Positions 1 to 10,862 are shown, numbered from the stretch's first letter. The stretch is DNA of 64,000 nucleotides from Spirochaetia bacterium (GCA_965226055.1 CBDDCA010000006.1:640001-704000); one strand, 5' to 3'. Numbers and translations: made by a program. Notes: generated by a model from the sequence alone, not told the origin.

Positions 1-2975
1 TCATAAATAGCAGATACATCTATCATATTGAGATTAGGGCTATTAGTATTTTGTCTACTAGAACTCATTTCTCTCTCTATAACATCTATCAGCTGAGATT
101 TAGTTGTGGGTCTATAATACCTTCCATTGTTTACACTTGGAGATTTTCTTAATCCAGTTCGTATTTGTAATTCAGCATTTTTTGCTATATTTAATACTGG
201 TACTGAGAATTCTATTGTTGCATATCGGTATGATCTTATTTTACTATCCCAAATATTAGATTTGTTTACTACCCCTTTTATGGTAAATGTATTGCTTGCT
301 TTATCAAATGTTACTGTTAACCCTGTTTCTTTTTTAATCTTTTGAGAAATAGCACTGGAAAGTGTAAATGTTGTGGTTGGTATTACATCAGGATCATTGG
401 TGCCTATTTTTATTTGTTCATCAACAGTTTCCCCAACAATATATTCCAATGAATATTCAAGTGAAGTATCAATTACAATATTTGGCATTTTAAAATCAAT
501 TCGTTTTCCTACAGAAATTTTTGTTTTATCGGTAGAATTAACCGTTTGAATAAGGACTGCATAATATACATTATCCTCAACATTCGTAAATACATGTCTT
601 CTAGTGTTAGCTGCTAGAGATACTGGGGTAGTTGCAGCTATTATATCTGATTCGTCTGGTAATTGTCCAAAACCACTCATTTTAGCAAGATAAATTTTAT
701 ATTCTATTTGATCTTGAGTGAGTTGATCACCATCTGTATCTACATGTTCAGATGTTATTTGAGGAGATTGCCAAGTTATTTTAAGCCCTTGAGTTATCAT
801 ATTATAGCGAATTGTACTTACTTCTGGTGGAATGAGCGTGGTGTTAGGGATGGAACATGCAGCCGTCCCTTTTTTTGATGTTGGCTGTTTATTTCTATTA
901 TTCGCAATTCCAGAATTCATAAAATCAAAACTTAGAGAAATTGCAGTGTCAAGACTACATAATTCCCATGATGATACATCTTGATCAAATGCAGTAGCTT
1001 CAAAAAAGATCTTTGCTATACTGGTAACTCTACGAACATCCCAATTTGATATATCTTGATTAAAAGCTGATGCTTCTTTAAACATATTACTCATATTAGT
1101 AACATTACTGGTATTCCAATTTGATATATCTTGATTAAAGGCTGTTGCTCTTCCAAACATATTATTCATCGTAGAAACATTGCTGGTATCCCACTTAGAT
1201 ACATTTCCATTAAACTTTGATTCATCATATCCTAAGCCATCATTGAAAAATACACCATCCATCTTTCTTACAGCACTTGTATCTATTATATTGAGATCAG
1301 CCCTATGGTTGTATGTATCAGATCTTTGAGCCTGTGCCCTCAATTCTGCAGTTATAGCATTTATTAATGCTGTTTTATCAGCAGGAGCATATTTATATCC
1401 AATAGTAATATCAATAGAATTTTCCAATTCTCTTCCATCGCTAGCAGTAAATTTTATTGTATATGTAGTTGTACTTGCTACATATTTTGCTACTCCAGAT
1501 ATTGTTCCATCATCGGTATTAAACGATAATCCAGTTGATCTAGTCAAACTATCGGGATTTATAGAAAATGATCCTCCTGATACGATACTATCAGGAGTTA
1601 CTTCTGAAACAATAGATGCTATTGTAGTTTTGCCATATTCTCCTTGTGCTTGCGTAGTAAAAGAAGTAATGGCATTACTACTGCCTCGTTTCTTAAATAC
1701 TAAGCGAGGTCCCTGGAGTGTTGTTGCTTCTACTCTTAGTCCTGTAGAAACTCTTGTCGTATCTGTTGAGTTAACTGCTAATACTACTATCTCATAAGTA
1801 GTATTAGTAGTAATATCGCTTATACTTGCGTTAAGTGTGTTTTTTGGGATAGTTATTGGTGTTTTATCTGTAGCAATAATAGTATCTATTGTACGAACAT
1901 TTGATCCATCTTTTCTTACACGATATATCTTATACGATACATCTGATGTTGTGAGATTAGTCCCATCTCTTTTTTTGTGATCACTGGTAAGAGAAGGGGC
2001 TGTCCATGATATTGATATGCTATTATCAGTAGTACTTGTTCTAATATTGCTTACGTTAGATGGGGCAGTAGCTTCTGATCCTACTGTTGCCTCTATTCTT
2101 AGTCCTGTAGAAACTCTTGTTGTATCTGTTGAGTTAACAGCTTGTACCACTATCTCATAAATAGTATTAGCAGTGAGATCACTTATACTTGCGTTATATG
2201 TATTTTTTGGTACAGTTATTGGATTTTCATCTATAGCAATAATAGCATTTATTGTACGGACATTTGATTCATCTTTTTTTACTCGATACACTTTATACGA
2301 TACATCCGATGCTGTGAGATTAGTCCCATCTTTTTTCTTGTTATCACTGGTAAAAGAAGGAGCTGTCCATGATATTGATATGCTATTATCAGTAGTACTT
2401 GTTTTAATATTTCTTACATTAGATGGAGCAGTGGCTTTTGATCCTACTATTATACTACTTACTTGACTGTATGTTTTCTTTGTCGGATCATTTTTTATTG
2501 CTACTTCTACTACAAAATGATACCGTTTATCTTCTTCTATATTTTCTTGTGACTCATCATCTGTAGTAAGTCCTAACTTATCAAAATCAGAAATAGTATA
2601 CTTATTGCCAACAGGGGAAGGAAGCTCTACTTTTTTTCCACTACTTACTATTTCTTGTCTAGATGGAGCAGTATCTTTTTGCAATCCATATACAGTATAC
2701 ACAAGTTGATCATTGCTTGTTATTGCTTTGCCATCTTTATCTTTCATTCCTGTAAAGGTGTCTAATTGTTCAATTGTTAAACTTAGTTTCCCTTCAACTG
2801 ATGATTGGGCAGCTACAAATTTATCCTCTAATAAAGATTCTTTTGGCGGAACAGCTAAAGATGTAGTTCCTCCAGATGAGCTTAATTCATTTTCTTCACA
2901 ACTAAAAAAAAGTGAGCTAACCATAAATAGTAACAACATTAAAAATATTGGAATAACATTTTTTATCTTTTTCAT
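1..2975 (-). CDS. Surface lipoprotein with FN3-like repeats (x2) and DUF285/BspA-like repeats; 3' end runs off the window
   Basis: Not in the ORF track because it has no stop in the window. ATG at 2975 follows SD AAGGAG and reads MKKIKNVIPIFLMLLLFMVSSLFFSC (lipobox). Near-identical to 5745..9524, and still in frame at the window edge (..NLNMIDVSAIY). Confidence 0.88.
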   Translation of the reverse strand, partial: MKKIKNVIPIFLMLLLFMVSSLFFSCEENELSSSGGTTSLAVPPKESLLEDKFVAAQSSVEGKLSLTIEQLDTFTGMKDKDGKAITSNDQLVYTVYGLQKDTAPSRQEIVSSGKKVELPSPVGNKYTISDFDKLGLTTDDESQENIEEDKRYHFVVEVAIKNDPTKKTYSQVSSIIVGSKATAPSNVRNIKTSTTDNSISISWTAPSFTSDNKKKDGTNLTASDVSYKVYRVKKDESNVRTINAIIAIDENPITVPKNTYNASISDLTANTIYEIVVQAVNSTDTTRVSTGLRIEATVGSEATAPSNVSNIRTSTTDNSISISWTAPSLTSDHKKRDGTNLTTSDVSYKIYRVRKDGSNVRTIDTIIATDKTPITIPKNTLNASISDITTNTTYEIVVLAVNSTDTTRVSTGLRVEATTLQGPRLVFKKRGSSNAITSFTTQAQGEYGKTTIASIVSEVTPDSIVSGGSFSINPDSLTRSTGLSFNTDDGTISGVAKYVASTTTYTIKFTASDGRELENSIDITIGYKYAPADKTALINAITAELRAQAQRSDTYNHRADLNIIDTSAVRKMDGVFFNDGLGYDESKFNGNVSKWDTSNVSTMNNMFGRATAFNQDISNWNTSNVTNMSNMFKEASAFNQDISNWDVRRVTSIAKIFFEATAFDQDVSSWELCSLDTAISLSFDFMNSGIANNRNKQPTSKKGTAACSIPNTTLIPPEVSTIRYNMITQGLKITWQSPQITSEHVDTDGDQLTQDQIEYKIYLAKMSGFGQLPDESDIIAATTPVSLAANTRRHVFTNVEDNVYYAVLIQTVNSTDKTKISVGKRIDFKMPNIVIDTSLEYSLEYIVGETVDEQIKIGTNDPDVIPTTTFTLSSAISQKIKKETGLTVTFDKASNTFTIKGVVNKSNIWDSKIRSYRYATIEFSVPVLNIAKNAELQIRTGLRKSPSVNNGRYYRPTTKSQLIDVIEREMSSSRQNTNSPNLNMIDVSAIY
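1720..2445. repeat. Two tandem 363-bp FN3-like coding repeats
   Basis: Anchor gcagt(a/g)gctt(c/t)tgatcc at 2065 and 2428; boundaries approximate. Confidence 0.85.
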
Positions 2976-3211
2976 AAAAATCTCCTTAGATATTACTGTA
3001 TCATGTATAATATTGTATTACTTTAGCCTAAAATATGTAATATAAATATTGCAAATTCAAGTGTTAAATGCAAAAAAAGAGCAAAAAAAACAGAAAAGAA
3101 CAATAAAACAAAAAAATGTGTCTTATAATTTTTAAAAGATATCCATTGTGAGTATACAAAAAATAACTTCATCATCTGATAGAAATAAATACTATTGAAA
3201 AAAGAAATATC

Positions 3212-3323
3212 CTATATCAATTCTCTTTATTGTAAGACATGCAAAGCAATCTTTTCAGTTTCAATTTTATCTTCCTCTGCTTGATAATTAAGATCAATCA
3301 TAGTCTGTTCATCAATGCTTTCT
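3212..3323 (-). pseudogene. Degenerate duplicate of the 3' end of the osmoprotectant substrate-binding gene (9951-10062)
   Basis: ttttcagtttcaattttatcttcctctgcttgataattaagatcaatcatagtctgttcatcaat occurs at both ~3252 and ~9991. Confidence 0.85.
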
Positions 3324-3438
3324 ACATCTGATTACTAGCAAAAAATTGCTCTTTAAGAGAATCAAATAATCATATATTTCACCATTTATATTATTGTGTG
3401 GTATTTTTTATGTTTTAATATAAAAAATAATGAGAAAT

Positions 3439-3467
3439 AAAAAAGAGGGTCAATACTGACCCTCTTT
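3439..3467 (-). terminator. Rho-independent terminator after lipoprotein gene 3497..5644
   Basis: Stem aaagagggtca-atac-tgaccctcttt with U-run on the minus transcript. Confidence 0.8.
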
Positions 3468-3496
3468 AATAGCAGTTATATCTATCGTATTAAGGT

Positions 3497-5644
3497 TTAT
3501 GGTATCTTAAAATCAATTCGCTTTCCTACGGAAACTTTTGTTTTATCGGTAGAATTAACCGTTTGAATAAGAACCGCATAATATGCATTATCCTCAACAT
3601 TCGTAAATACATATCTTTTAGTGTTAGCTACTAGAGATACTGGGGTAGTTGCGGCTATTATATCTGATTCGTCTGGTAATTGTCCAAAACCACTCATTTT
3701 AGCAAGATAAATTTTATATTCTATTTGATTTTGAGTGCGTGGATAACCATCTGGACCTACATATTCAGATGTTACTTGAGGAGATTGCCAAGTTATTTCA
3801 AGCCCCTGAGCTATCATATTATAGCGAATTGCACTTACTTCTGGTGGAATGAGCGTGGTGTTAGGAGTAGAACATACATCTGTCCCTTTTTTTGATGTTG
3901 GTTGTTTATTTTTATTATTCGCAATTCCAGAATTCATAAAATCAAAACTTGGAGAAATTGCAGTGTCAAGCCTACACAGTTTCCATGATGATATATCTTG
4001 ATCAAATGCAGTAGCTTCAAAAAAGATCATTGATATACGGGCAACTCTACGAACGTCCCAATTTGATATATCTTGATTAAAGGCTGATGCTTCTTTAAAC
4101 ATATTACCCATATTAGTAACATTACTGGTATTCCAATTTGATATATCTTGATTAAAGGCTGATGCTCCCCCAAACATATTATTCATTGTAGAAACATTGC
4201 TGGTATCCCACTTAGACACATTTCCATTAAACCTTGCTTCATCATATCCTAAGCCATCATTAAAAAATACACCATCCATCTTTCTTACAGCACTGGTATC
4301 TATTATATTGAGATCAGCTCTATGGTTGTATGTATCAGCTCCTTGTGCCTGTGCCCTCAATTCTGCAGTTATAGCATTTCTTAATGCTGTTTTACCAGCA
4401 GGAGCATACTTATATCCAATAGTAATATCAATAGAATTTTCCAATTCTCTTCCATCGCTAGCAGTAAATTTTATTGTATATGTAGTTGTACTTGCTACAT
4501 ACTTCGCTACTCCAGATATTGTTCCATCATCGGTATTAAACGATAATCCAGTTGAGCTAGTTAAGCTAGCAGGGCTAATAGCAAATGATCCTTCTGATAC
4601 GATACTATCAGGAGTTACTTCTGAAACAATAGGTGCTATTGTAGTTTTGCCATATTCTCCTTGTGCTTTCGTAGTAAAAGAAGTAATAGCATTGCTACTG
4701 CCTCGTGTTTTAAATACTAAGTGAGCTGCCCCTAGGATAGGGAGTGTTTTTGCCTGCACTCTTAGTCCTGTAGAAACTCTTGTTGTATCTGTTGAGTTAA
4801 CAGCTTGTACCACTATCTCATAAGTAGTATTAGCAGTGAGATCACTTATACTTACGTTAAGTGTATTTTTTGGTACAGTTATTGGGTTTTCATCTATAGC
4901 AATAATAGCATTTATTGTACGGACATTAGATACATCTTTTTTTACACGATATATCTTGTACGATACATCTAATGCTGTGAGATTAGTCCCATCTTTTTTC
5001 TTGTTATCACTGGTAAAAGAAGGAGCTGTCCATGATATTGATATGCTATTATCAGTAGTACTTGTTTTAATATTACTTACATTAGATGGAGCAGTAGCTT
5101 TTGATCCTACTATTATACTACTTACTTGACTGTATGTTTTCTTTGTCAGATCGCTTTTCATTGCTACTTCTACTACAAAATGATACCGTTTATCTTCTTC
5201 TATATTTTCTTGTGACTCATCATCTGTAGTGAGTCCTAATTTATCAAAATCAGAAATAGTATATTTATTGCCAGTAGGGGCAGGAAGCTCTACTTTTTTT
5301 CCACTACTTACTATTTCTTGTTTAGATGGAGTAGCATCTTCATCTTTTTGCAATCCGTATACAGTATACACCAGTTGATCATTGCTTGTTATTGCTTTGC
5401 CATCTTTATCTTTCATTCCTGTAAAGGTGTCTAATTGTTCAACTGTTAAACTTAGTTTCCCTTCAACTGATGATTGGGCAACTACAAATTTATCCTCTAA
5501 TAAAGATTCTTGTGGCAGAACAGCTAAAGATGAAGTTCCTCCAGATGAGCTTAATTTATTTTCTTCACAGCTTAAAAAAAGTGAGCTAACCATAAATAGT
5601 ACCAATGTTAAAAATATCGGTATAACATTTTTTATCTTTTTCAT
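3497..5644 (-). CDS. Surface lipoprotein, FN3-like (x1) + DUF285/BspA-like repeats, short paralogue
   Basis: 715-aa ORF, lipobox LFLSC, WDTSNV..M..MF..A..FNQDISNW repeats, SD AAGGAG. Confidence 0.9.
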   Translation of the reverse strand: MKKIKNVIPIFLTLVLFMVSSLFLSCEENKLSSSGGTSSLAVLPQESLLEDKFVVAQSSVEGKLSLTVEQLDTFTGMKDKDGKAITSNDQLVYTVYGLQKDEDATPSKQEIVSSGKKVELPAPTGNKYTISDFDKLGLTTDDESQENIEEDKRYHFVVEVAMKSDLTKKTYSQVSSIIVGSKATAPSNVSNIKTSTTDNSISISWTAPSFTSDNKKKDGTNLTALDVSYKIYRVKKDVSNVRTINAIIAIDENPITVPKNTLNVSISDLTANTTYEIVVQAVNSTDTTRVSTGLRVQAKTLPILGAAHLVFKTRGSSNAITSFTTKAQGEYGKTTIAPIVSEVTPDSIVSEGSFAISPASLTSSTGLSFNTDDGTISGVAKYVASTTTYTIKFTASDGRELENSIDITIGYKYAPAGKTALRNAITAELRAQAQGADTYNHRADLNIIDTSAVRKMDGVFFNDGLGYDEARFNGNVSKWDTSNVSTMNNMFGGASAFNQDISNWNTSNVTNMGNMFKEASAFNQDISNWDVRRVARISMIFFEATAFDQDISSWKLCRLDTAISPSFDFMNSGIANNKNKQPTSKKGTDVCSTPNTTLIPPEVSAIRYNMIAQGLEITWQSPQVTSEYVGPDGYPRTQNQIEYKIYLAKMSGFGQLPDESDIIAATTPVSLVANTKRYVFTNVEDNAYYAVLIQTVNSTDKTKVSVGKRIDFKIP

Positions 5645-5706
5645 AAAAATCTCCTTAGTTCTTGTATAATATTTTACTACTTTTAGCCTAAAATATGTGA
5701 AATAAT

Positions 5707-5736
5707 AAAGAGGGTCAATATTGACCCTCTTTTTTT
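5707..5736. terminator. Palindromic terminator-like hairpin between lipoprotein genes
   Basis: Perfect 26-bp palindrome aaagagggtcaatattgaccctcttt, nearly identical to 3442-3467. Confidence 0.75.
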
Positions 5737-5744
5737 AATACACC

Positions 5745-8700
5745 CTAATTTAATCTAGGCCATTTGCTTGGTTTATTTTCCAATGGACTACCCTTGAAAT
5801 CGGATTTTGTAACAGGACTACCAGGGCTTAGTGATTTTAATACCCAACCAGATAAATCTTGATTAAAATTATTTGCTTCTACAAACATATAGACCATTTT
5901 TTTAACTTTACCTACATCCCAATTAGAAATATCACCATTAAAATTTCTAGCTTGGTGAAACATACTATAAAAAGATGTTACATTAGAGGTATTCCAATTA
6001 CTAATATCTCCCTCAAATCTATGAATTCTAGTAGGTTGAAAATCTTTTTTATCATATTCAAACCTATATCCTACAACGGCACTAAATAAATAATCCATAT
6101 TAGTAATAGCACTTGTATCTATATGATTAAGATCTGGTTTATTATAACTATTATCTCGTCTTGCTTTTTGTTCTACTTCAGTTATATCTTTTATAAGATG
6201 ATATAATTCAGTGCTATTTTTAGGTCTAAGATAATCACTTTTTTGTCGTGTTTGTATAAAACCATTACTATTTACAAATTTAGCTCTTTTCAATCCTGTT
6301 CTTATGCGTAATTGAGAATTTTTTGTTATATTTAATGCTGGTACTGAGAATTCTATTGTTGCATATTGGTATGATCTTATGCTAGGATCCCAAATATTGG
6401 ATTTGTTTGCTCTCCCTTTTATGGTAAATGTATTGCTTGCTTTATCAAATGTTACTGTTAACCCTGTTTCTTTTTTAATCTTTTGAGAAATAGCACTGGA
6501 AAGTGTAAATGTTGTGGTTGGTATTATACCAACATTGGTACCTACTGTTATAGTTTTATTAACAGTTTCCCCAACAGTATATTCCAGTGTAGATGCAAGT
6601 GAGTTATCAATTACAATATTTGGTATCTTAAAATCAATTCGTTCTCCTATAGAAACTTTTGTTTTATCGGTAGAATTAACCGTTTGAATAAGAACTGCAT
6701 AATATGCATTTTCCTCAACATTGGCAAATACATATCTTTTAGTGTTAGCAGCTAGAGATATTGGTGTAGTTGCAGCTATTATATCTGATTCATCTGGTAA
6801 TTGCCCAAAACCACTCATTTTAGCAAGATAAATTTTATATTCTATTTGATCTTGAGTAAGTTGATCACCATCTGTATCTACATGTTCAGATGTTATTTGA
6901 GGAGATTGCCAAGTTATTTTAAGCCCTTGAGCCATCATATTTTGTCTAATTACACTGACTTCTGGTGGAATGAGCGTGGTGTTAGAGATGGAACATACAT
7001 CTGTCCCTTTTTTTGATGTTGGCTGTTTATTTCTATTATTCGCAATTCCAGAATTCATAAAATCAAAACTTGGAGCAATTGCAGTATCAAGACTACATAA
7101 TTCCCATGATGATACATCTTTATCAAATGCAGTAGCTTCAAAAAAGATCATTGCTATACTGGTAACTCTACGAACATCCCAATTTGATATATCTTGATTA
7201 AAAGCTGATGCTTCTTTAAACATATTACCCATATTAGTAACATTACTGGTATTCCAATTTGATATATCTTGATTAAAGGCTGTTGCTCTTCCAAACATAT
7301 TATTCATCGTAGAAACATTGCTGGTATCCCATTTAGATACATTTCCATTAAATTTTGATTCATCATACCCTAAGCCATCATTAAAAAATACACCATCCAT
7401 CTTTCTTACAGCGCTGGTATCTATTATATTGAGATCAGCCCTATGGTTGTATGTATCAGATCCTTGTGCCTGTGCCCTCAATTCTGCAGTTATAGCATTG
7501 ATTAATGCTGTTTTATTAGCAGGAGCATATTTATATCCAATAGTAATATCAATAGAATTTTCCAATTCTCTTCCATCGCTAGCAGTAAATTTTATTGTAT
7601 ATGTAGTTGTACTTACTACATATTTTGCTACTCCAAATATTGTTCCATCAGCGGTATTAAACGATAATCCAGTTGATCTAGTCAAACTATCGGGACTTAT
7701 AGAAAATGATCCTCCTGATACGATACTATCAGGAGTTACTTCTGAAAAAATAGGTGCTATTGTAGTTTTGCCATATTCTCCGTGTGCTTCCGTAGTAAAA
7801 GAAGTAATAGCATCGCTATTGCCTCGTTTCTTAAATACTAAGCGAGGTCCCTGGAGTGTTGTTGCCTCTACTCTTAGTCCTGTAGAAACTTTTGTTGTAT
7901 CTGTTGAGTTAACAGCTTGTACTACTATCTCATAAGTAGTATTAGCAGTGAGATCACTTATACTTGCGTTAAGTGTACTTGCGTTAAGTGTGTTTTTTTG
8001 TATAGTTATTGGGTTTTTATCTATAGCAATAATAGTATCTATTATACGGACATTTGATCCATTTTTTCTTACACGATATATCTTGTACGATACATCCGAT
8101 GTTGTGAGATTAGTCCCATCTCTTTTTTTGTGATCACTGGTAAGAGAAGGGGCTGTCCATGATATTGATATGCTATTATCAGTAGTACTTGTTCTAATAT
8201 TGCTTACGTTAGATGGGGCAGTAGCTTCTGATCCTATTGTTGCCTCTACTCTTAGTCCTGTAGAAACTCTTGTCGTGTCTGTTGAGTTAACAGCTTGTAC
8301 TACTATCTCATAAGTGGTATTAGCAGTGAGATCACTTATACTTGCTTTATATGTATTTTTTGGTACAGTTATTGGGTTTTCATCTATAGCAATGATAGTA
8401 TCTATTGTACGAACATTTGATCCATCTTTTCTTACACGATATATCTTATACGATACATCCGATGTTGTGAGATTAGTCCCATCTTTTTTCTTGTGATCAC
8501 TGGTAAGAGAGGGGGCTGTCCATGATATTGATATACTATTATCAATAATAGTTGTTTCAATATTACTTACGTTAGATGGGGCAGTAGCTTCTGATCCTAC
8601 CGTTGCCTCTACTCTTAGTCCTGTAGAAACTCTTGTTGTATCTGTTGAGTTAACAGCTTGTACCACTATCTCATAAATAGTATTAGCAGTGAGATCACTT

Positions 8701-9524
8701 ATACTTGCGTTAAGTGTATTTTTTGGTACAGTTATTGGGTTTTCATCTATAGCAATAATAGCATTTATTGTGCGGACATTAGATACATCTTTTTTTACAC
8801 GATATATCTTGTACGATACATCCGATGCTGTGAGATTAGTCCCATCTTTTTTCTTATGATCACTGGTAAGAGAAGGAGCTGTCCATGATATTGATATGCT
8901 ATTATCAGCAGAAGTTGTTTTAATATTTCTTACATTAGATGGGGCAGTAGCTTTTGATCCTACTATTATACTACTTACTTGACCGTATGTTTTCTTTGTT
9001 GGATCATTTTTTATTGCTACTTCTACCACAAAATGATACCGTTTATCTTCTTCTATATTTACTTGTGACTCATCATCTGTAGTGAGTCCTAATTTATCAA
9101 AATCAGAAATAGTATATTTATTGCCAGTAGGGGCAGGAAGCTCTACTTTTTTTCCACTACTTACTATTTCTTGTTTAGATGGAGTAGCATCTTTATCTTT
9201 TTGCAATCCGTATACAGTATACACAAGTTGATCATTGCTTGTTATTGCTTTGCCATCTTTATCTTTCATTCCTGCAAAGGTGTCTAATTGTTTAACTGTT
9301 AAACTTAGTTTCCCTTTAACTGATGATTGGGCAGCTACAAATTTATCCTCTAATAAAGATTCTTTTGGCGGAACAGCTAAAGATGAAGTTCCTCCAGGTG
9401 CTGTTGGCTTGTCATCACCAGACGATGAGCTTAATTTATTTTCTTCACAGCTTAAAAAAAGTGAGCTAACCATAAATAGTACCAATGTTAAAAATATCGG
9501 TATAACGTTTTTTATCTTTTTCAT
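5745..9524 (-). CDS. Surface lipoprotein, FN3-like repeats (x3) + two DUF285/BspA-like modules
   Basis: 1259-aa ORF, lipobox LFLSC, SD AAGGAGG, three 121-aa ATAPSNV..ISWTAP..YEIVVQAVN repeats. Confidence 0.9.
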   Translation of the reverse strand: MKKIKNVIPIFLTLVLFMVSSLFLSCEENKLSSSSGDDKPTAPGGTSSLAVPPKESLLEDKFVAAQSSVKGKLSLTVKQLDTFAGMKDKDGKAITSNDQLVYTVYGLQKDKDATPSKQEIVSSGKKVELPAPTGNKYTISDFDKLGLTTDDESQVNIEEDKRYHFVVEVAIKNDPTKKTYGQVSSIIVGSKATAPSNVRNIKTTSADNSISISWTAPSLTSDHKKKDGTNLTASDVSYKIYRVKKDVSNVRTINAIIAIDENPITVPKNTLNASISDLTANTIYEIVVQAVNSTDTTRVSTGLRVEATVGSEATAPSNVSNIETTIIDNSISISWTAPSLTSDHKKKDGTNLTTSDVSYKIYRVRKDGSNVRTIDTIIAIDENPITVPKNTYKASISDLTANTTYEIVVQAVNSTDTTRVSTGLRVEATIGSEATAPSNVSNIRTSTTDNSISISWTAPSLTSDHKKRDGTNLTTSDVSYKIYRVRKNGSNVRIIDTIIAIDKNPITIQKNTLNASTLNASISDLTANTTYEIVVQAVNSTDTTKVSTGLRVEATTLQGPRLVFKKRGNSDAITSFTTEAHGEYGKTTIAPIFSEVTPDSIVSGGSFSISPDSLTRSTGLSFNTADGTIFGVAKYVVSTTTYTIKFTASDGRELENSIDITIGYKYAPANKTALINAITAELRAQAQGSDTYNHRADLNIIDTSAVRKMDGVFFNDGLGYDESKFNGNVSKWDTSNVSTMNNMFGRATAFNQDISNWNTSNVTNMGNMFKEASAFNQDISNWDVRRVTSIAMIFFEATAFDKDVSSWELCSLDTAIAPSFDFMNSGIANNRNKQPTSKKGTDVCSISNTTLIPPEVSVIRQNMMAQGLKITWQSPQITSEHVDTDGDQLTQDQIEYKIYLAKMSGFGQLPDESDIIAATTPISLAANTKRYVFANVEENAYYAVLIQTVNSTDKTKVSIGERIDFKIPNIVIDNSLASTLEYTVGETVNKTITVGTNVGIIPTTTFTLSSAISQKIKKETGLTVTFDKASNTFTIKGRANKSNIWDPSIRSYQYATIEFSVPALNITKNSQLRIRTGLKRAKFVNSNGFIQTRQKSDYLRPKNSTELYHLIKDITEVEQKARRDNSYNKPDLNHIDTSAITNMDYLFSAVVGYRFEYDKKDFQPTRIHRFEGDISNWNTSNVTSFYSMFHQARNFNGDISNWDVGKVKKMVYMFVEANNFNQDLSGWVLKSLSPGSPVTKSDFKGSPLENKPSKWPRLN
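7860..8960. repeat. Three tandem 363-bp FN3-like coding repeats
   Basis: Anchor gcagtagctt(c/t)tgatcc at 8218, 8581 and 8944; extra 15-bp duplication tacttgcgttaagtg at 7961-7990. Confidence 0.9.
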
Positions 9525-9950
9525 AAAAACCTCCTTAGGATTTACTGTTCATGTATAATATTTTATTACTTTACCCTAAAATATGTAATATAAATATTGC
9601 AGATTCAAGCATTAATTGCAAAAAACGATCAAAAAAAAGCAAGAAAGCACAATAAAAATAGAAATAAAAATAATGTGTCTTATATTTTTTAAAAGATATC
9701 TATGGTGAATATACAAAAAACAATCACATCACCTGACAAAAAAAGTACTAATAGAAAGTATGAGAAACATCAGTCATTTTCTTACCATATCTACTATTTA
9801 ATGAGAATAAGGTCAATACATTAGTACATAATTTTGCAGTGTCCTATGGTAGTACAAATTTTTATTTCTATAAAGTATTCATCAAGTTGCTTTTTGAGTT
9901 TCTGTGCTTACATATTGGCTTATCCAGAATCATAGTATTTAAGGAATATT

Positions 9951-10862
9951 CTATATCAATGCTTTTTGTTGTAAGAAATCCAATGCAATTTTTTCAGTTT
10001 CAATTTTATCTTCCTCTGCTTGATAATTAAGATCAATCATAGTCTGTTCATCAATACTTTCTGCAAGCAACGAAAGTACCGAAATAAGCTCTGGATACTG
10101 TTCTATTATTTCTTTTCTTGCAACAGGAATAGCATAATACTGAGAGAAAAAATTTCTATCATCTTCTAGTAGCGTCATATTAAATCGTTTCAGTTTGCTA
10201 TCTGTCGAAAATACATCAGTATAATCTGCTTTTTTCTCTATTATTGCTTGGTATCGCAACCCAATTTCTAATGAAACAATATCACTATGAGAAATACCAT
10301 AATAATCAAACATTGCTATGCCTCCGTCTGCTCGTGCCATAAATTCACTATCAAACCCCGGTATTAGTTCGGGATATCTTTGCAAGTCAGATATTTTCTG
10401 TAACCCAAGCTCATCAGCACGTTCTTTTAACATACCTATCGCATAGGTATTATTAAATCCAAACGTTTCAAACACTACCCAACCAAACTCATCGTATAAT
10501 TCTTTTTTAACAATATGAAACGATTCCTCTGCTGATACACGTTCTGTATGCTTTAATTTTGCCTGATAGAGAGTTCCTGTATAATCGGGATATATATCAA
10601 TATCTCCTGATTCTAGTGCTTGATGTACCACAAACGTTGAGCCAAGATTGTTTTTGACTTCCACGGTAAGATCCGTTTTTGCTCGTATCAAAGCTGCCAT
10701 TATGTCAGCAAGAATTATATTTTCAGTAAAATTTTTTGATGCAATAACAATATCTGATTTTTTTCCACAAGACAAAAATAGTCCCATGCTTATCAGTACT
10801 ATCATTATCATACATATTTTTTTTAAGGTACAAAACCTATTATTTTGTTTTTTCATTTTCAC
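9951..10862 (-). CDS. Glycine betaine/osmoprotectant ABC transporter substrate-binding lipoprotein (OpuAC/OsmF family)
   Basis: ASKNFTE, GDIDIYPDYTGT and GFNNTYA motifs; lipobox LFLSC. Confidence 0.9.
   Translation of the reverse strand: MKMKKQNNRFCTLKKICMIMIVLISMGLFLSCGKKSDIVIASKNFTENIILADIMAALIRAKTDLTVEVKNNLGSTFVVHQALESGDIDIYPDYTGTLYQAKLKHTERVSAEESFHIVKKELYDEFGWVVFETFGFNNTYAIGMLKERADELGLQKISDLQRYPELIPGFDSEFMARADGGIAMFDYYGISHSDIVSLEIGLRYQAIIEKKADYTDVFSTDSKLKRFNMTLLEDDRNFFSQYYAIPVARKEIIEQYPELISVLSLLAESIDEQTMIDLNYQAEEDKIETEKIALDFLQQKALI

Noticed and set aside
1030-1210. 75-bp periodic repeats (also ~4060-4230, ~7170-7350, ~42020-42280) as a possible CRISPR array or DGR template
   Set aside because: They are in-frame 25-aa DUF285 coding repeats with no unique spacers; no cas gene or reverse transcriptase in the window
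127-9558. Repeated plus-strand ORFs (MSKTTHFS.., MRSLIL.., MLVIALPS.., MLVSHLDT..)
   Set aside because: Antisense shadows of the repeated lipoprotein genes; they recur only because the underlying DNA is duplicated
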